DNA of 64,000 nucleotides from Pseudohaliea sp. (GCF_040217025.1 NZ_JAVJOA010000001.1:104528-168527); one strand, 5' to 3'; positions 1 through 10,744 are shown, numbered from the stretch's first letter. Numbers and translations: made by a program. The notes: generated from the sequence alone by a model not told the origin.

Positions 1-19
1 TTCCCTGGCTGCGACTGTT

Positions 20-1222
20 TCATGATGCGAGCTCCGCGGTCTCCTCAAGAAACGCCGAGGCGAGCCGCTCGGCAATGGTCGCCGTTGCGAGTTCTTCGCG
101 ACTGAAGCTGTCGAGGCCGGTCGCTTCCAGGGCCTCCCGGCGCTGCAGGGGAGACGCAGACAGCAGCCCCGAGAGGGCAAGCACGGGCACCGGCTGCCCG
201 GCGAGGGCAGCCACACCGGCGCTGGCGCCCATCGCGTCGCGGGCGGCAAGCACGATGCCAGCGACTGAGGCGGCAAAGCGCGGCGAGCGGATCAGCCGGG
301 ACGTTTCCCGCTGGTACACACCGTCGGCCACTTCCATGACCACCGTGTCGATACCGTCGGCGCCCATGACCGCGAGCAGCCGCTCCATGGCCGCCTCGAT
401 CTTCTCGAGGGGCTGAAGGTAGGTTGTCGGCAGGCCGGCATCGGTGAAGTCGAGTACCCGGTCGGCACCCGCATCCTCGAGCAGCCAGGTGTCGCCACCG
501 GCCCCGGTCCCGGTGATCTTGATATAGCCCGTCCGCCGCCCCGCCGCACGCAGGCCGCGCACGAGATGCGCCGCGGTCTGGGTCTTGCCGGCATCCATCG
601 CCGTACCGAGCACAGCGAGCACACACGGCCGCTGAGGCGGCGACTTCGGCGCCGCGACCGCAAAGTCGGCAAGATTCAACGGCCGCCCCTCGGCGTCAGC
701 CAGCAGTCCGAGGGGCTTGATCGCCGTCGGCCCCTTGTTGATCCGGTCGTGCCAGGACAGGGCGCGGGCCGCGATACCGCCGCCTGCAACCAGGTGACAG
801 GCGGCGAGGCCGGCCGGTACTTCCGCCTCGAACTGCTCACAGGCATAGCGGTTGCCGTAGGCGACGATGACCTCGTCGCCCGGGAACAGGCGACGACGGC
901 GTCCATCGACCAGCTGCAGGTTGCAGTGGTGGCCCAGCCGTTCGACGCGGGCCAGCACCAGGTCACCGACGCGGGGCCGAACCGTGCCACAGAGCAGCGC
1001 GGCGGCGGCAGCGCGATCCACCCGACGCGTGGTGTAGGCCCAGCTGCGATGCGCGTTGACCGCTACGGGCAGCGGCTTCAGGTGCGCATCACGCCGTTCG
1101 CCACCCCCTGCACCGGCGTCCTCCACGTTCTCCATCAGCGCGCGCGTCGCCGCGGCCACCGCTGCTTCGCTGCTTTCCGCAAGGGCCGCCTGCCAGGCTG
1201 CCAGGTGCTCGATGTTGGTCAT
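20..1222 (-). CDS. P-loop domain protein of unknown function (dethiobiotin-synthetase/CobQ/DUF1611-like GxxxxGKT loop)
   Basis: 417-aa track ORF. I place the start at the internal ATG (MTNIEHL...) because GAGGAG lies 7 nt upstream. The Walker-A-like VLGTAMDAGKTQTA resembles the GTDxxxGKT loop of SIMIBI-type P-loop proteins. I recognise no closer family. Confidence 0.6.
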   Translation of the reverse strand: MTNIEHLAAWQAALAESSEAAVAAATRALMENVEDAGAGGGERRDAHLKPLPVAVNAHRSWAYTTRRVDRAAAAALLCGTVRPRVGDLVLARVERLGHHCNLQLVDGRRRRLFPGDEVIVAYGNRYACEQFEAEVPAGLAACHLVAGGGIAARALSWHDRINKGPTAIKPLGLLADAEGRPLNLADFAVAAPKSPPQRPCVLAVLGTAMDAGKTQTAAHLVRGLRAAGRRTGYIKITGTGAGGDTWLLEDAGADRVLDFTDAGLPTTYLQPLEKIEAAMERLLAVMGADGIDTVVMEVADGVYQRETSRLIRSPRFAASVAGIVLAARDAMGASAGVAALAGQPVPVLALSGLLSASPLQRREALEATGLDSFSREELATATIAERLASAFLEETAELAS

Positions 1223-1257
1223 GCTGTCTCTCCTCGGGTTTTTGGCTGGCACTGAAT

Positions 1258-1310
1258 GGGAAAATAATCCCAATCAAGGAATCGGTCAAGTGAATTAGGA
1301 TTTTTTTCCC
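1258..1310. promoter_or_regulatory. 13-bp inverted repeat (GGGAAAATAATCC ... GGATTTTTTTCCC, 12/13 complementary) in an AT-rich divergent promoter region
   Basis: Read directly. The arms are at 1258-1270 and 1298-1310, between the divergent starts at 1222 (-) and 1397 (+). It is an AT-rich patch in an otherwise GC-rich window. Confidence 0.35.
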
Positions 1311-1396
1311 AAATCATCGCAATGACAGGCGGACGTGCACGCAAGGGCCCGCCGGGCTCATTACAATGGAGGCTCCGACAGCCTGCGGAGTGACCC

Positions 1397-2311
1397 ATGT
1401 TACGAATGCCGTACCAGTTGCTGTTTCCCAGCATCCTGTGCCTGGTGGCCAGCAGCGGGATAGCGGCTCGCGAGCCGTATGCACCGACACGCTACTGGTC
1501 CACCGCGACGGGAACGTGGCTGAGCGTCGGGCGCGTGGCCGAAGCCGTGGCCGGGGCCGACTATCTCCTCCTCGGCGAAATCCACGACAACCCGGCGCAC
1601 CACCTCGGACAGGCGGACCTGCTGAGGCGCTTCCCCGGCGAGGAGGTCGCGGTAGGTTTCGAGCAGTTGGACAGCGCGCAGGCCGCGGGGCTCGAGGCGG
1701 CGCTCGCCAGTGACGACCCGCTCGCGGCGCTGCCCGCCAGCGTGGCCTGGGCAGACGCCGGCTGGCCGCCCTGGGCGCTCTATGCACCGGTGTTCGCCGC
1801 CGCGCTGGACAGCGGCTACGCCCTCGTCCCCCTCTCCTTCCCCCGGCGCGAAGCCTTTGCCGTTGCGGATTCGGGCTTCAGCGCGGTACTACCCCCGGAC
1901 GCGCTCACCACCCTGGCGCCGGAGAGCCTGCTCGATGCACAGGCACAGGAGACCCTGGAACAGGAACTGGCCGATGCCCACTGCGGCAAGCTGCCCGCCG
2001 AGATGCTGCCCGCCATGGCGACGGTACAGGTCGCGCGGGACGCGCACATGGCCTGGCGCCAGGTCAGCGCCGGTGAGCGCGGCGTACTGGTGCTGGGTGC
2101 AGGCCACGCGCGTCGGGACCGTGCCGTCCCGCGTTTCCTCGCGCGCCTGGTGCCCGACGCCCGCATCGCGGTGGTCGTCTTCATCGAGGAGCGCCCGGAC
2201 GCGACCTTCCCCGCCGACTACCCGGAAGCGCAGCCCGGCTTCGCCGACTTCGTCGCCGTGACCGATGCAGCAGAACGCCCCGACCCCTGCGCGGGCATCG
2301 GCGAACATTGA
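1397..2311 (+). CDS. ChaN-family (Tiki/erythromycin-esterase superfamily) haem-binding lipoprotein-like protein
   Basis: Signal peptide MLRMPYQLLFPSILCLVASSG. The LLLGEIHDNPAHH motif (GExH) is typical of ChaN/DUF399. GGAG lies 6 nt upstream of the ATG. Confidence 0.75.
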   Translation: MLRMPYQLLFPSILCLVASSGIAAREPYAPTRYWSTATGTWLSVGRVAEAVAGADYLLLGEIHDNPAHHLGQADLLRRFPGEEVAVGFEQLDSAQAAGLEAALASDDPLAALPASVAWADAGWPPWALYAPVFAAALDSGYALVPLSFPRREAFAVADSGFSAVLPPDALTTLAPESLLDAQAQETLEQELADAHCGKLPAEMLPAMATVQVARDAHMAWRQVSAGERGVLVLGAGHARRDRAVPRFLARLVPDARIAVVVFIEERPDATFPADYPEAQPGFADFVAVTDAAERPDPCAGIGEH

Positions 2312-2335
2312 ACGGCCAACATTGAAAGGCGGGCA

Positions 2336-2929
2336 TTGAAAGTCGGCGTCCTGCTGCTCGCGGCCGGCCGCGGTACCCGCTTCGGCAGCGACAAGCGACG
2401 TGCGCGCCTACCGGACGGCGAGCTGCTCCTGGACCGCAGCATCGCCGCCATCGAGCAGACCGGCCTCCCACTCCGGGTAGCCCTAGGCCCCGACGACAGC
2501 GCCCTGGCGCGGGCGCTGCGCGCACGGGCCATCGAAACGATCCGCTGTGCCGCCGCGCCCCGCGGCATGGGCGCGACCCTCGCCGACGCCGTGCGGCAAC
2601 TGCCGGCCTGGGACGCGGTACTGGTCGCCCTGGGCGATATGCCCTGGCTGCGTCCGGAGAGCATCGCCGCGGTGGCGCGGGCGGCCGGGCCGTCAGCGAT
2701 CTGCATTCCCTGCCACGGCGGGCGCCGGGGCCACCCGGTGGCCTTCGGGGCCCGCTTCCTGCCCGAGCTGGGCGCGCTCGATGGCGACCGCGGTGCGCGA
2801 GACCTGCTGCTGCAACACTCGGCGGTAGTGCGAGAACTGCCTGTCGACGACCCGGGCATTCTGCGCGATGTGGACCGCCCGGCGGACCTGCAACGCCCGC
2901 CGCTATACCACGGGCCGCAGCGGAGCTAA
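2336..2929 (+). CDS. MobA/MocA-like nucleotidyltransferase (molybdenum cofactor cytidylyl/guanylyl-transferase family)
   Basis: The N-terminal LLLAAGRGTRFGSDK signature matches MobA-like NTP transferases. The TTG start is taken from the ORF track. Confidence 0.75.
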   Translation: MKVGVLLLAAGRGTRFGSDKRRARLPDGELLLDRSIAAIEQTGLPLRVALGPDDSALARALRARAIETIRCAAAPRGMGATLADAVRQLPAWDAVLVALGDMPWLRPESIAAVARAAGPSAICIPCHGGRRGHPVAFGARFLPELGALDGDRGARDLLLQHSAVVRELPVDDPGILRDVDRPADLQRPPLYHGPQRS

Positions 2930-2961
2930 ACTAAAGCGCGAACTGCGAAGAGGGATGCCGC

Positions 2962-4569
<1,608 letters not shown>

Positions 4570-4590
<21 letters not shown>

Positions 4591-5235
4591 GGTTTCCCTG
4601 GGCTGGCGATCGTTCGAGCAGCCGGTCTCGCCGTCCTCGCAGCCGTTCGCGGGTGCTTCCGGCGCGGTGGCGGGCAGCGCCGGCAGCACCGCCGGGCGCA
4701 CGCCGGCCTCGCGCAGGTCGGTAAAGCGGCGCCACGCTTCGCGGTTCCCCGCCATGGCAGCGCGTGCATACCAGGCGGCGGCAACCGGCAGGTCCTTTTC
4801 GACGCCGCTGCCCTGCTCGTAGGAGTAGGCCAGGTTCACCTGCGCGGGAAGATGCCCGCGCTCCGCCGCGGCGCGAAACAGGCGCACCGTCTCCTCGAGG
4901 TCCTGCTCCACGCCGCGGCCGTCGAGGTAGAGCAGCGCGAGGTTGTACTCGGCGTCGGCCAGCCCCTGCGCGGCGGCGCGGCGATACCAGCGCGCCGCCG
5001 TCGCCGCGTCGCGAGCGACGCCCTGTCCCCGCTCGTGGGCGAGGCCCACGGCGAACTGCGCGCGGGCCTGTCCCGCCTCGGCGAGCGGCAGCCACTGCGC
5101 AAGCGCCGCCGCATGCTCGCCCCGCTGCCAGGCCGCCTCGCCGGCCGCGTAGTCCTCCGCAGCCGCGCCGGACGCCAGCACCGCCAGCAGCAGCGCTGCC
5201 AGCCAGCGGCCTTCAGTCGATCCTTTCAAGAGCAC
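4570..5235 (-). CDS. Sel1/TPR-like repeat protein, exported
   Basis: Repeated AxxWYRRAAxQGxAxAQxNLAxxY Sel1 units and a signal-like RWLAALLLAVLASGAAA. The start is GTG 5235 or TTG 5229. The Arg/Gly-rich N-terminal part of the track ORF is rejected. Confidence 0.8.
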
Positions 5236-5276
5236 TGTTCCTTCAGCTGCAGGACGCGGCCAGTGTAGCGGAGCGG

Positions 5277-6623
5277 TCACGGCAGGCGCACAAGCACCCG
5301 CGCTCCACCGAGCTCGCTGTCCTCGAGCGCGAGCTCGCCCCGCTGCGCGTTGACGATCTCCAGCACGACGGCAAGGCCAATGCCCTGGCCCTCCCGCCGC
5401 GTATCCGCCCGGGCGCCGCGGTGCAGCAGCAGGTCGCGCAGTTCCGGCGAGATGCCGGCGCCGTCGTCCTCCACCGTGAGCACCAGGCCCTCGCCGCCGT
5501 TGCCGCCGGCAACCCTGGCCCGCACCCGGCTCTCCGCGTACTTGCAAGCGTTGTCGAGCACGTTGCCCAGCAGCTCCATGAGGTCGCGTTCGTCACCGCG
5601 GAAACGCGCCTCCGCGGGGCAGTGCGTCTCCAGGGTCAGCTGCCGGTCGGCGTAGACCTTGAGCAGCGTCGTGCGCAGCCGCTCCAGCACCGGCGCCACC
5701 GGCACGCGCTGCAGCAGGCGGCTGCTGCCGCCCGCGGCGCGCTGCAGGTGCCAGCCGATCACCTGTTCCATGCGCTCCAGCTGCTCATTGAGGAGCTGCG
5801 GATAGGCGGCATCCCTCGGCTCCGCGTTGCGCAGCACCGCAAGCGGTGTCTTCAGGCTGTGGGCCAGGTCAGCCAGCGTGTTGCGCATGCGCTCCCGTCG
5901 CTGCTGCTCCCCGCTGAGCAGCAGCTGCAGGTTCTCGGTTACCGGGCGCACCTCCCGCGGCCAGGGCCCGTCGAGGCGCACGGCCTCCCCGGCCTCGATG
6001 CGGGCGATATCCCCCGCCAGCCGCCCGAGCGGGCGCAGACCCCAGGCGAGGATCAGCCCCTGCACCGCCAGCAGCACCAGGGTCGTCGCACCCAGCCAGA
6101 GCCAGAGGCTGCGGCGGAAGGCAGCGATATCCGCATCGCGGGGCGCGGTGCTCTCGGCGACGATGAAGCGCAGCGGAACGGCGGCGCCACCTTCCATTTC
6201 CCAGAGCACCTGGTAGGCATGGCGCAAAAGCCCGTCGCGCTGCGAGCGATGCCGCTGCCCCGGGCCCAGGGCGGGGATGCCAGCGGTGAGCGCGGCCAGC
6301 GGCTGCGGCAGCAGCGCCGCCGAAGGCGACAGCCAGAGCGGTTCGCCGCTGCCGGCCGTGACCAGCGCGTAGAGGCCGGAATTCGGTTGCGCGAGCCGTG
6401 GCTCCAGCGGCACCAGCGGCAGCGACAGCGACAGGTCCCCGTCGAAGTCGGCCTGCGCCAGCAGCGCCAGCACCTGCAGCTGCAGCCGTTCGCCGGCGGC
6501 CGCGTCCAGGGCCAGCCGGTGCGCGCGCTCGAGGGACCAGCCGGTGAGCCCCAGGGCCAGCGGCAGGAGCAGCGCCGAGGCAAGGAACAACCGTGCCGCG
6601 AGGGACAGGGGGCGGCGACTCAT
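5277..6623 (-). CDS. Two-component sensor histidine kinase (PhoQ/QseC-like)
   Basis: Two TM segments, the H-box LADLAHSLKTPLAVL and a C-terminal HATPase (GNVLDNACKY ... GQGIGLAVV). The start overlaps the regulator stop (ATGA). Confidence 0.9.
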   Translation of the reverse strand: MSRRPLSLAARLFLASALLLPLALGLTGWSLERAHRLALDAAAGERLQLQVLALLAQADFDGDLSLSLPLVPLEPRLAQPNSGLYALVTAGSGEPLWLSPSAALLPQPLAALTAGIPALGPGQRHRSQRDGLLRHAYQVLWEMEGGAAVPLRFIVAESTAPRDADIAAFRRSLWLWLGATTLVLLAVQGLILAWGLRPLGRLAGDIARIEAGEAVRLDGPWPREVRPVTENLQLLLSGEQQRRERMRNTLADLAHSLKTPLAVLRNAEPRDAAYPQLLNEQLERMEQVIGWHLQRAAGGSSRLLQRVPVAPVLERLRTTLLKVYADRQLTLETHCPAEARFRGDERDLMELLGNVLDNACKYAESRVRARVAGGNGGEGLVLTVEDDGAGISPELRDLLLHRGARADTRREGQGIGLAVVLEIVNAQRGELALEDSELGGARVLVRLP

Positions 6624-7303
6624 GCGCTCGCCCGCTCCAGGGTGAAACGGTAGCCGGCGCCGCGCACGGTCTCGATCGGGGTGAGGCTGCCCTCCGGGTC
6701 GAGCTTGCGCCGCAGGCGGGCGATGAACTGCTCGATCACGTTGCCGTCGCGGTCATGGTCGTGGTCGTAGAGGTGATCGAGGAGCTCGCTGCGCGAGATG
6801 ACCTCGCCGGCCCGGTGCGCGAGGTAGGCGAGAGTGTTGTACTCGTAGGCCGTGAGGGTCAGTTCCTCGTCGCCGCGGCACACCCGGCGCGCGCTGAAAT
6901 CGATGCGCAGCGGTCCGTAGTCCGCCACGCTCGAGCGCCGGCCCTCCACGCGTCGGAGCAGCGCACGCACCCGCGCCTCCACCTCCTCCAGGTAGAACGG
7001 CTTGGTCACGTAGTCGTCGGCACCTGCCTCGAGCCCACCGACCTTGTCCTGCCAGTCGGCGCGGGCCGTGAGAATGAGGATGGGCATGGCGCGCCCGGCT
7101 TCCCGCCAGCCGCGGACCAGGTCCATGCCGGCCACATCGGGCAGGCCGAGGTCGACGATGGCGATGTCGCAGGGATACTCGCTCGCCAGCCACGCGGCCT
7201 CGCGGCCGTCCGGCGCCTCGTCGACGACGAAACCCGCGGCGCGGAAGTGGCCCGCGAGGCGTTCGCGCAACCGGGCATCGTCCTCGACGATGAGCAGCCG
7301 CAC
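6620..7303 (-). CDS. OmpR/PhoB-family response regulator
   Basis: Receiver domain (LLIVEDD ... DLGLPD ... DDYVTKPF) plus a winged-helix C-terminus (TVRGAGYRF). GTG start. Confidence 0.92.
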   Translation of the reverse strand: MRLLIVEDDARLRERLAGHFRAAGFVVDEAPDGREAAWLASEYPCDIAIVDLGLPDVAGMDLVRGWREAGRAMPILILTARADWQDKVGGLEAGADDYVTKPFYLEEVEARVRALLRRVEGRRSSVADYGPLRIDFSARRVCRGDEELTLTAYEYNTLAYLAHRAGEVISRSELLDHLYDHDHDRDGNVIEQFIARLRRKLDPEGSLTPIETVRGAGYRFTLERASA

Positions 7304-7306
7304 CGC

Positions 7307-7681
7307 TCAGTCCTCGATGGTCACGGTGGTCACGCGGCCGTCCTCGCCGAGGAGCCGGACCCGGTAGCCGTCGCGGGAGCGGCCGACCGCGAGCGCGCGG
7401 CCGCCGTAGCGACGCTGTGCTTCCGCCGCCGCAGCGCGCGCGCCGCTATCGCCGCCGCCCGGCGCCACGAGCGACTCTCGCGGCGGACGCTCGCGGCTGT
7501 CGTAGCGCTTCCCGTCCCGATTCTCATCGCGGTCCCCGTCGCGCGCGTCGCGGTCGCGCTCGAGCGCGCGCAGGATGCGCTCCTGCCAGGCCTCGAGCCC
7601 GTTGTCATCGGCACGGGTGCCGGCGCTGCCCGCAAACAGGGCGAAGACGAGCAGTGGCAGGCAGAGCCAGCGAGCAGGCAT
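7307..7681 (-). CDS. PepSY-domain exported protein
   Basis: Signal peptide, a charged linker and a C-terminal GGRALAVGRSRDGYRVRLLGEDGRVTTVTIED resembling PepSY. It sits directly upstream of the two-component pair, as is common for PepSY genes. Confidence 0.65.
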   Translation of the reverse strand: MPARWLCLPLLVFALFAGSAGTRADDNGLEAWQERILRALERDRDARDGDRDENRDGKRYDSRERPPRESLVAPGGGDSGARAAAAEAQRRYGGRALAVGRSRDGYRVRLLGEDGRVTTVTIED

Positions 7682-7721
7682 GGGTACGGTCCAGCGGCAG
7701 GCCGCCCCGGAGCCCGGGGGC

Positions 7722-8237
7722 TCAGGGCAGCGGTTTCAGCTCCACACGGACCGGGATGGTGGCACCGGGATCCCGGGCCGTGCGCGTCTCATAAATGGTA
7801 TCGCCATAGCGGTAGCTGACGCGATAGCCGCTGACACGCTCCCGTTCCCGAAGTTCGTACTCGACGGTGCACACATCCTCCGTGACGTAGTAGCCGTCGT
7901 CGCGCTGCTGGCGCCGGCCGATGTCGTTCCCGACCGACGCGCCGAGCACCGCGCCCGCCCCGGCGATGACGCCCTGGTGGCCGGTGTCATCGCCGATGGC
8001 GCCGCCGAGCGTCCCGCCGAGCACCGCGCCGAGGATGGCCGGCGTCGCCGAGCGGCTGTGGCCGCGCTCGACCACGCGCACGCGCTCGGCGCGGCAGGTC
8101 TCGTGCGGAATGCGCTCAGAGACCACCTCGACCAGCGGCTGCACGGACACCACCGGCGCGTCGATGACCGTGCTGTGGGTCTGCCCCAGGGCAAGAGCCG
8201 GGGCGCTGAGAGCAAGGGCAAGCAGAGTCTTTTTCAC
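7722..8237 (-). CDS. Glycine-zipper 2TM domain outer-membrane/lipoprotein-like protein
   Basis: Signal peptide MKKTLLALALSAPALALG and the glycine zipper ILGAVLGGTLGGAIGDDTGHQGVIAGAGAVLGASVG. Confidence 0.8.
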   Translation of the reverse strand: MKKTLLALALSAPALALGQTHSTVIDAPVVSVQPLVEVVSERIPHETCRAERVRVVERGHSRSATPAILGAVLGGTLGGAIGDDTGHQGVIAGAGAVLGASVGNDIGRRQQRDDGYYVTEDVCTVEYELRERERVSGYRVSYRYGDTIYETRTARDPGATIPVRVELKPLP

Positions 8238-8283
8238 GGATGCATCCTCCTGTTCAACCTGCCTGCCATGATGCGACCGCGAT

Positions 8284-8343
8284 GCTGAACGGACGCTGAA
8301 CGGCGCACGGAAATTCAGCGGCTTTGTTCAGGCTGGGTTCAGG
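8284..8343. promoter_or_regulatory. Four CTGAAC hexamers: two direct repeats at 11-bp phasing, mirrored by two inverted copies (candidate response-regulator binding array)
   Basis: CTGAAC at 8285 and 8296. GTTCAG at 8326 and 8337. All lie in the divergent intergenic region between 8237 (-) and 8405 (+). Confidence 0.4.
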
Positions 8344-8404
8344 GAGGGGCGGGCAGCATGGGACCGTGCACTGTACCGGTGTACGCGAGTGAAGGAGGCA
8401 ACCC

Positions 8405-8935
8405 ATGGTACGCAGCATCACCACCCTTGCCCTGGCAGCGGCGCTGGTCGCCGCTGCACCGGGTCCCGCGCTGGCGGACCGCGATGAGCGCTGGGATGAC
8501 CGTCGGGATCACCGTTGGGATGACAGGGCCCACCGGGGCCATTACGGACGCTGGGACCGCGACGACCGGCGACACCGGGGCTGGCGGTCGAACCACTGGC
8601 GCCGCGATCACTGGCGGGACTACCGGCGCTGGCAGTGGTACCGCGGCGCGCCGCGCCACCGTTGGTACGGCGGCTGGTATACGGCCCCGCGGCATCCCTG
8701 GTACCCGCGCTACGGATACCGGGATCGCTGGCACTGGGGGCCGGGCGTGATCGGCGGGGCCATCATCGGCTCGGCCATTACCGGCTCACTGCTCGACGGC
8801 GACGACTGCCGCGACTGCGTGCGCTACCGCGACAGGCAGCCCTCGCGGTTAGTCACCGGCTGCTACCGCCTCGAGCGCGGAGCGGACGGCTACGAGCGGC
8901 GCATCGAGCTGCCGGCGAGCGAGTGCCGGCGCTAG
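8405..8935 (+). CDS. Exported Arg/Trp/His/Asp-rich low-complexity protein with glycine zipper and Cys-containing C-terminal domain (unknown function)
   Basis: Strong AGGAGG RBS, signal peptide MVRSITTLALAAALVAAAPGPALA and GC-rich third codon positions. An about 80-aa RDHRW-type region is followed by GVIGGAIIGSAITGSLL and four Cys. Confidence 0.75.
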   Translation: MVRSITTLALAAALVAAAPGPALADRDERWDDRRDHRWDDRAHRGHYGRWDRDDRRHRGWRSNHWRRDHWRDYRRWQWYRGAPRHRWYGGWYTAPRHPWYPRYGYRDRWHWGPGVIGGAIIGSAITGSLLDGDDCRDCVRYRDRQPSRLVTGCYRLERGADGYERRIELPASECRR

Positions 8936-8948
8936 CCGGCCGCGCGAC

Positions 8949-10664
8949 TCAGGGCGCGACGCTGCGCACGGTGCCCTCGCGCCGCGGGTCCGCCGCACCG
9001 ACGAGGCCCTGCGCCGTGACCCGGATGACGTGCAGCCCGGAGTTCTCCCCCTCGCGCTCCTGCACCGGGTAGCCCCGCTCTGCCAGCGCGTCGGCGAGCG
9101 TATCGCCGGCATCCGTGCCGACCTCTACCCGCACGGAGCGGCCGCGGGCGATGATGTTCGGGAACGCCACGGCCTCGTCGACGGAGAGCCCCCAGTCGAA
9201 GACGCCGAGCAGGCTCTTGGCCACGTAGGCCGGGATGGAATTGCCCCCGGGCGAACCGGTGACCATGGCCAGTTCACCACTGGCGTCGTCGAAGACCAGC
9301 GTCGGCGACATGGACGAGCGCGGCCGCTTCCCGGGGCCCACGGCGTTGGCCGGGTGCGGCCCGCTGTCCGGGACCTCGCGGGCGAAATCCGTCATCTCGT
9401 TGTTGAGGAGGAACCCGGCGGCCCAGCGGGCACTGCCGAAGGGCGCTTCCACCGTCGCCGTGAAGGAGACGGCGTTGCCCTCCCCGTCGACGATCGACAG
9501 GTGCGTGGTACCGGCAATCTCCTGCGTGGTATCCGCGCCGTGGCGCGCCGCCCGCGGCAGGCCCAGCAGCACCGCGTCGGGGTCGCCGTGCACCGCCTCG
9601 GCGTCCGGCGCCGCCCGGTCACCGGCGCGCGCTTCGATGTAGCGCGGGTCGAGCAGGTGGCGCAGCGACAGCGTCATCGCATCCGGGTCGCCGAAGTAGT
9701 GGTCCCGGTCGGCGTAGGCGAGGCGCTGCGCGTCGACGAAGCTGGCGATGCGCTCTTCTCGATCGGCGTCCTCGGGCAGCAGCGCGTCGTAGAGGCTGGC
9801 GACGAGAATCTCCATGGCCCCGGAACTCGGCGGCGTCGCGCTGCAGATGCGCAGGGAACGCCAGGGCCCGCAGACCGCGTCGCGCTCCACGGGGCGATAG
9901 GCCGCGATATCGCCGAGGCTCAGCGTACCGGGGTCGGGCTCCCGGGCCACCGCGGCAACGATCTCGGCGGCGACGTGACCGCCATAGAACGCGTGGATGC
10001 CCTCATCGGCCAATGCTTTCAGCGTCTTCGCATACTCGGGGTTCGCGCGGCGATCGCCCGCCTGCAGCGCCTCGCCATCCGGATAGAAATAGGCCGCCGT
10101 CTCCGGGTTCTCGTCGAGGCGCGTGTACTGCTTCATGCGCTCGAGCAGCCCGGCGAGCCGCGGCGACACCTCGAAGCCCGCCTCCGCCAGGCGGATCGCC
10201 GGCTGGAACAGGTCGGCCCAGGGCAGCTTGCCGTGGCGGTCGTGCGCCTGCCTGTACATGGCCACCACGCCCGGCACCCCCACCGCGAGACCGGACTGCC
10301 AGGCATCGAGGAAACCCATGACCTCGCCGTCGCGCATGAACATGTCGACCCGGGCGCCGGCGGGTGCGGTCTCGCGGCCGTCGTGGAAGACGATACGGTC
10401 CGGCGCGCGGTCATAGACCAGCATGAAGCCGCCACCGCCGAGGCCGGAGCTCTGCGGCTCCACCAGCCCGAGCACGGCGTGCGCCGCGATCGCCGCATCC
10501 ACCGCGTGGCCGCCGCGCTCGAGCATCGCGATGGCGGCGTCCGTGGCGTAGGGGTTGGCGACCGCCGCCATGGCGCCGTGGGGCCAGCTCTCATCGGCCG
10601 TCGCAGCGCGCAGCTGCAAGGCCGTGGCTACTGCGACCAGCAACAGGATTTTCAGTCGTGACAT
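8949..10664 (-). CDS. ggt: Gamma-glutamyltransferase
   Basis: Signal peptide MSRLKILLLVAVATA, GLGGGGFMLVY and the autoprocessing site TTHLSIVDGEGNAVSFT. The start could also be 10694. Confidence 0.93.
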   Translation of the reverse strand: MSRLKILLLVAVATALQLRAATADESWPHGAMAAVANPYATDAAIAMLERGGHAVDAAIAAHAVLGLVEPQSSGLGGGGFMLVYDRAPDRIVFHDGRETAPAGARVDMFMRDGEVMGFLDAWQSGLAVGVPGVVAMYRQAHDRHGKLPWADLFQPAIRLAEAGFEVSPRLAGLLERMKQYTRLDENPETAAYFYPDGEALQAGDRRANPEYAKTLKALADEGIHAFYGGHVAAEIVAAVAREPDPGTLSLGDIAAYRPVERDAVCGPWRSLRICSATPPSSGAMEILVASLYDALLPEDADREERIASFVDAQRLAYADRDHYFGDPDAMTLSLRHLLDPRYIEARAGDRAAPDAEAVHGDPDAVLLGLPRAARHGADTTQEIAGTTHLSIVDGEGNAVSFTATVEAPFGSARWAAGFLLNNEMTDFAREVPDSGPHPANAVGPGKRPRSSMSPTLVFDDASGELAMVTGSPGGNSIPAYVAKSLLGVFDWGLSVDEAVAFPNIIARGRSVRVEVGTDAGDTLADALAERGYPVQEREGENSGLHVIRVTAQGLVGAADPRREGTVRSVAP

Positions 10665-10744
10665 CGTGGCTTTCCGCTCTGCTGTGGGGCGCATGGTACC
10701 GGATGGAAGGAGCTAGCGCAGGGGCGCGTGCTGCGACACTGACC

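Noticed and set aside
4764-7819. 629-aa (+, 4764-6653) and 408-aa (+, 6593-7819) ORFs opposite the Sel1, kinase, regulator and PepSY genes
   Set aside because: Their composition is low-complexity and Arg/Ala/Pro-rich. The opposite-strand frames carry unambiguous H-box, HATPase and receiver motifs.
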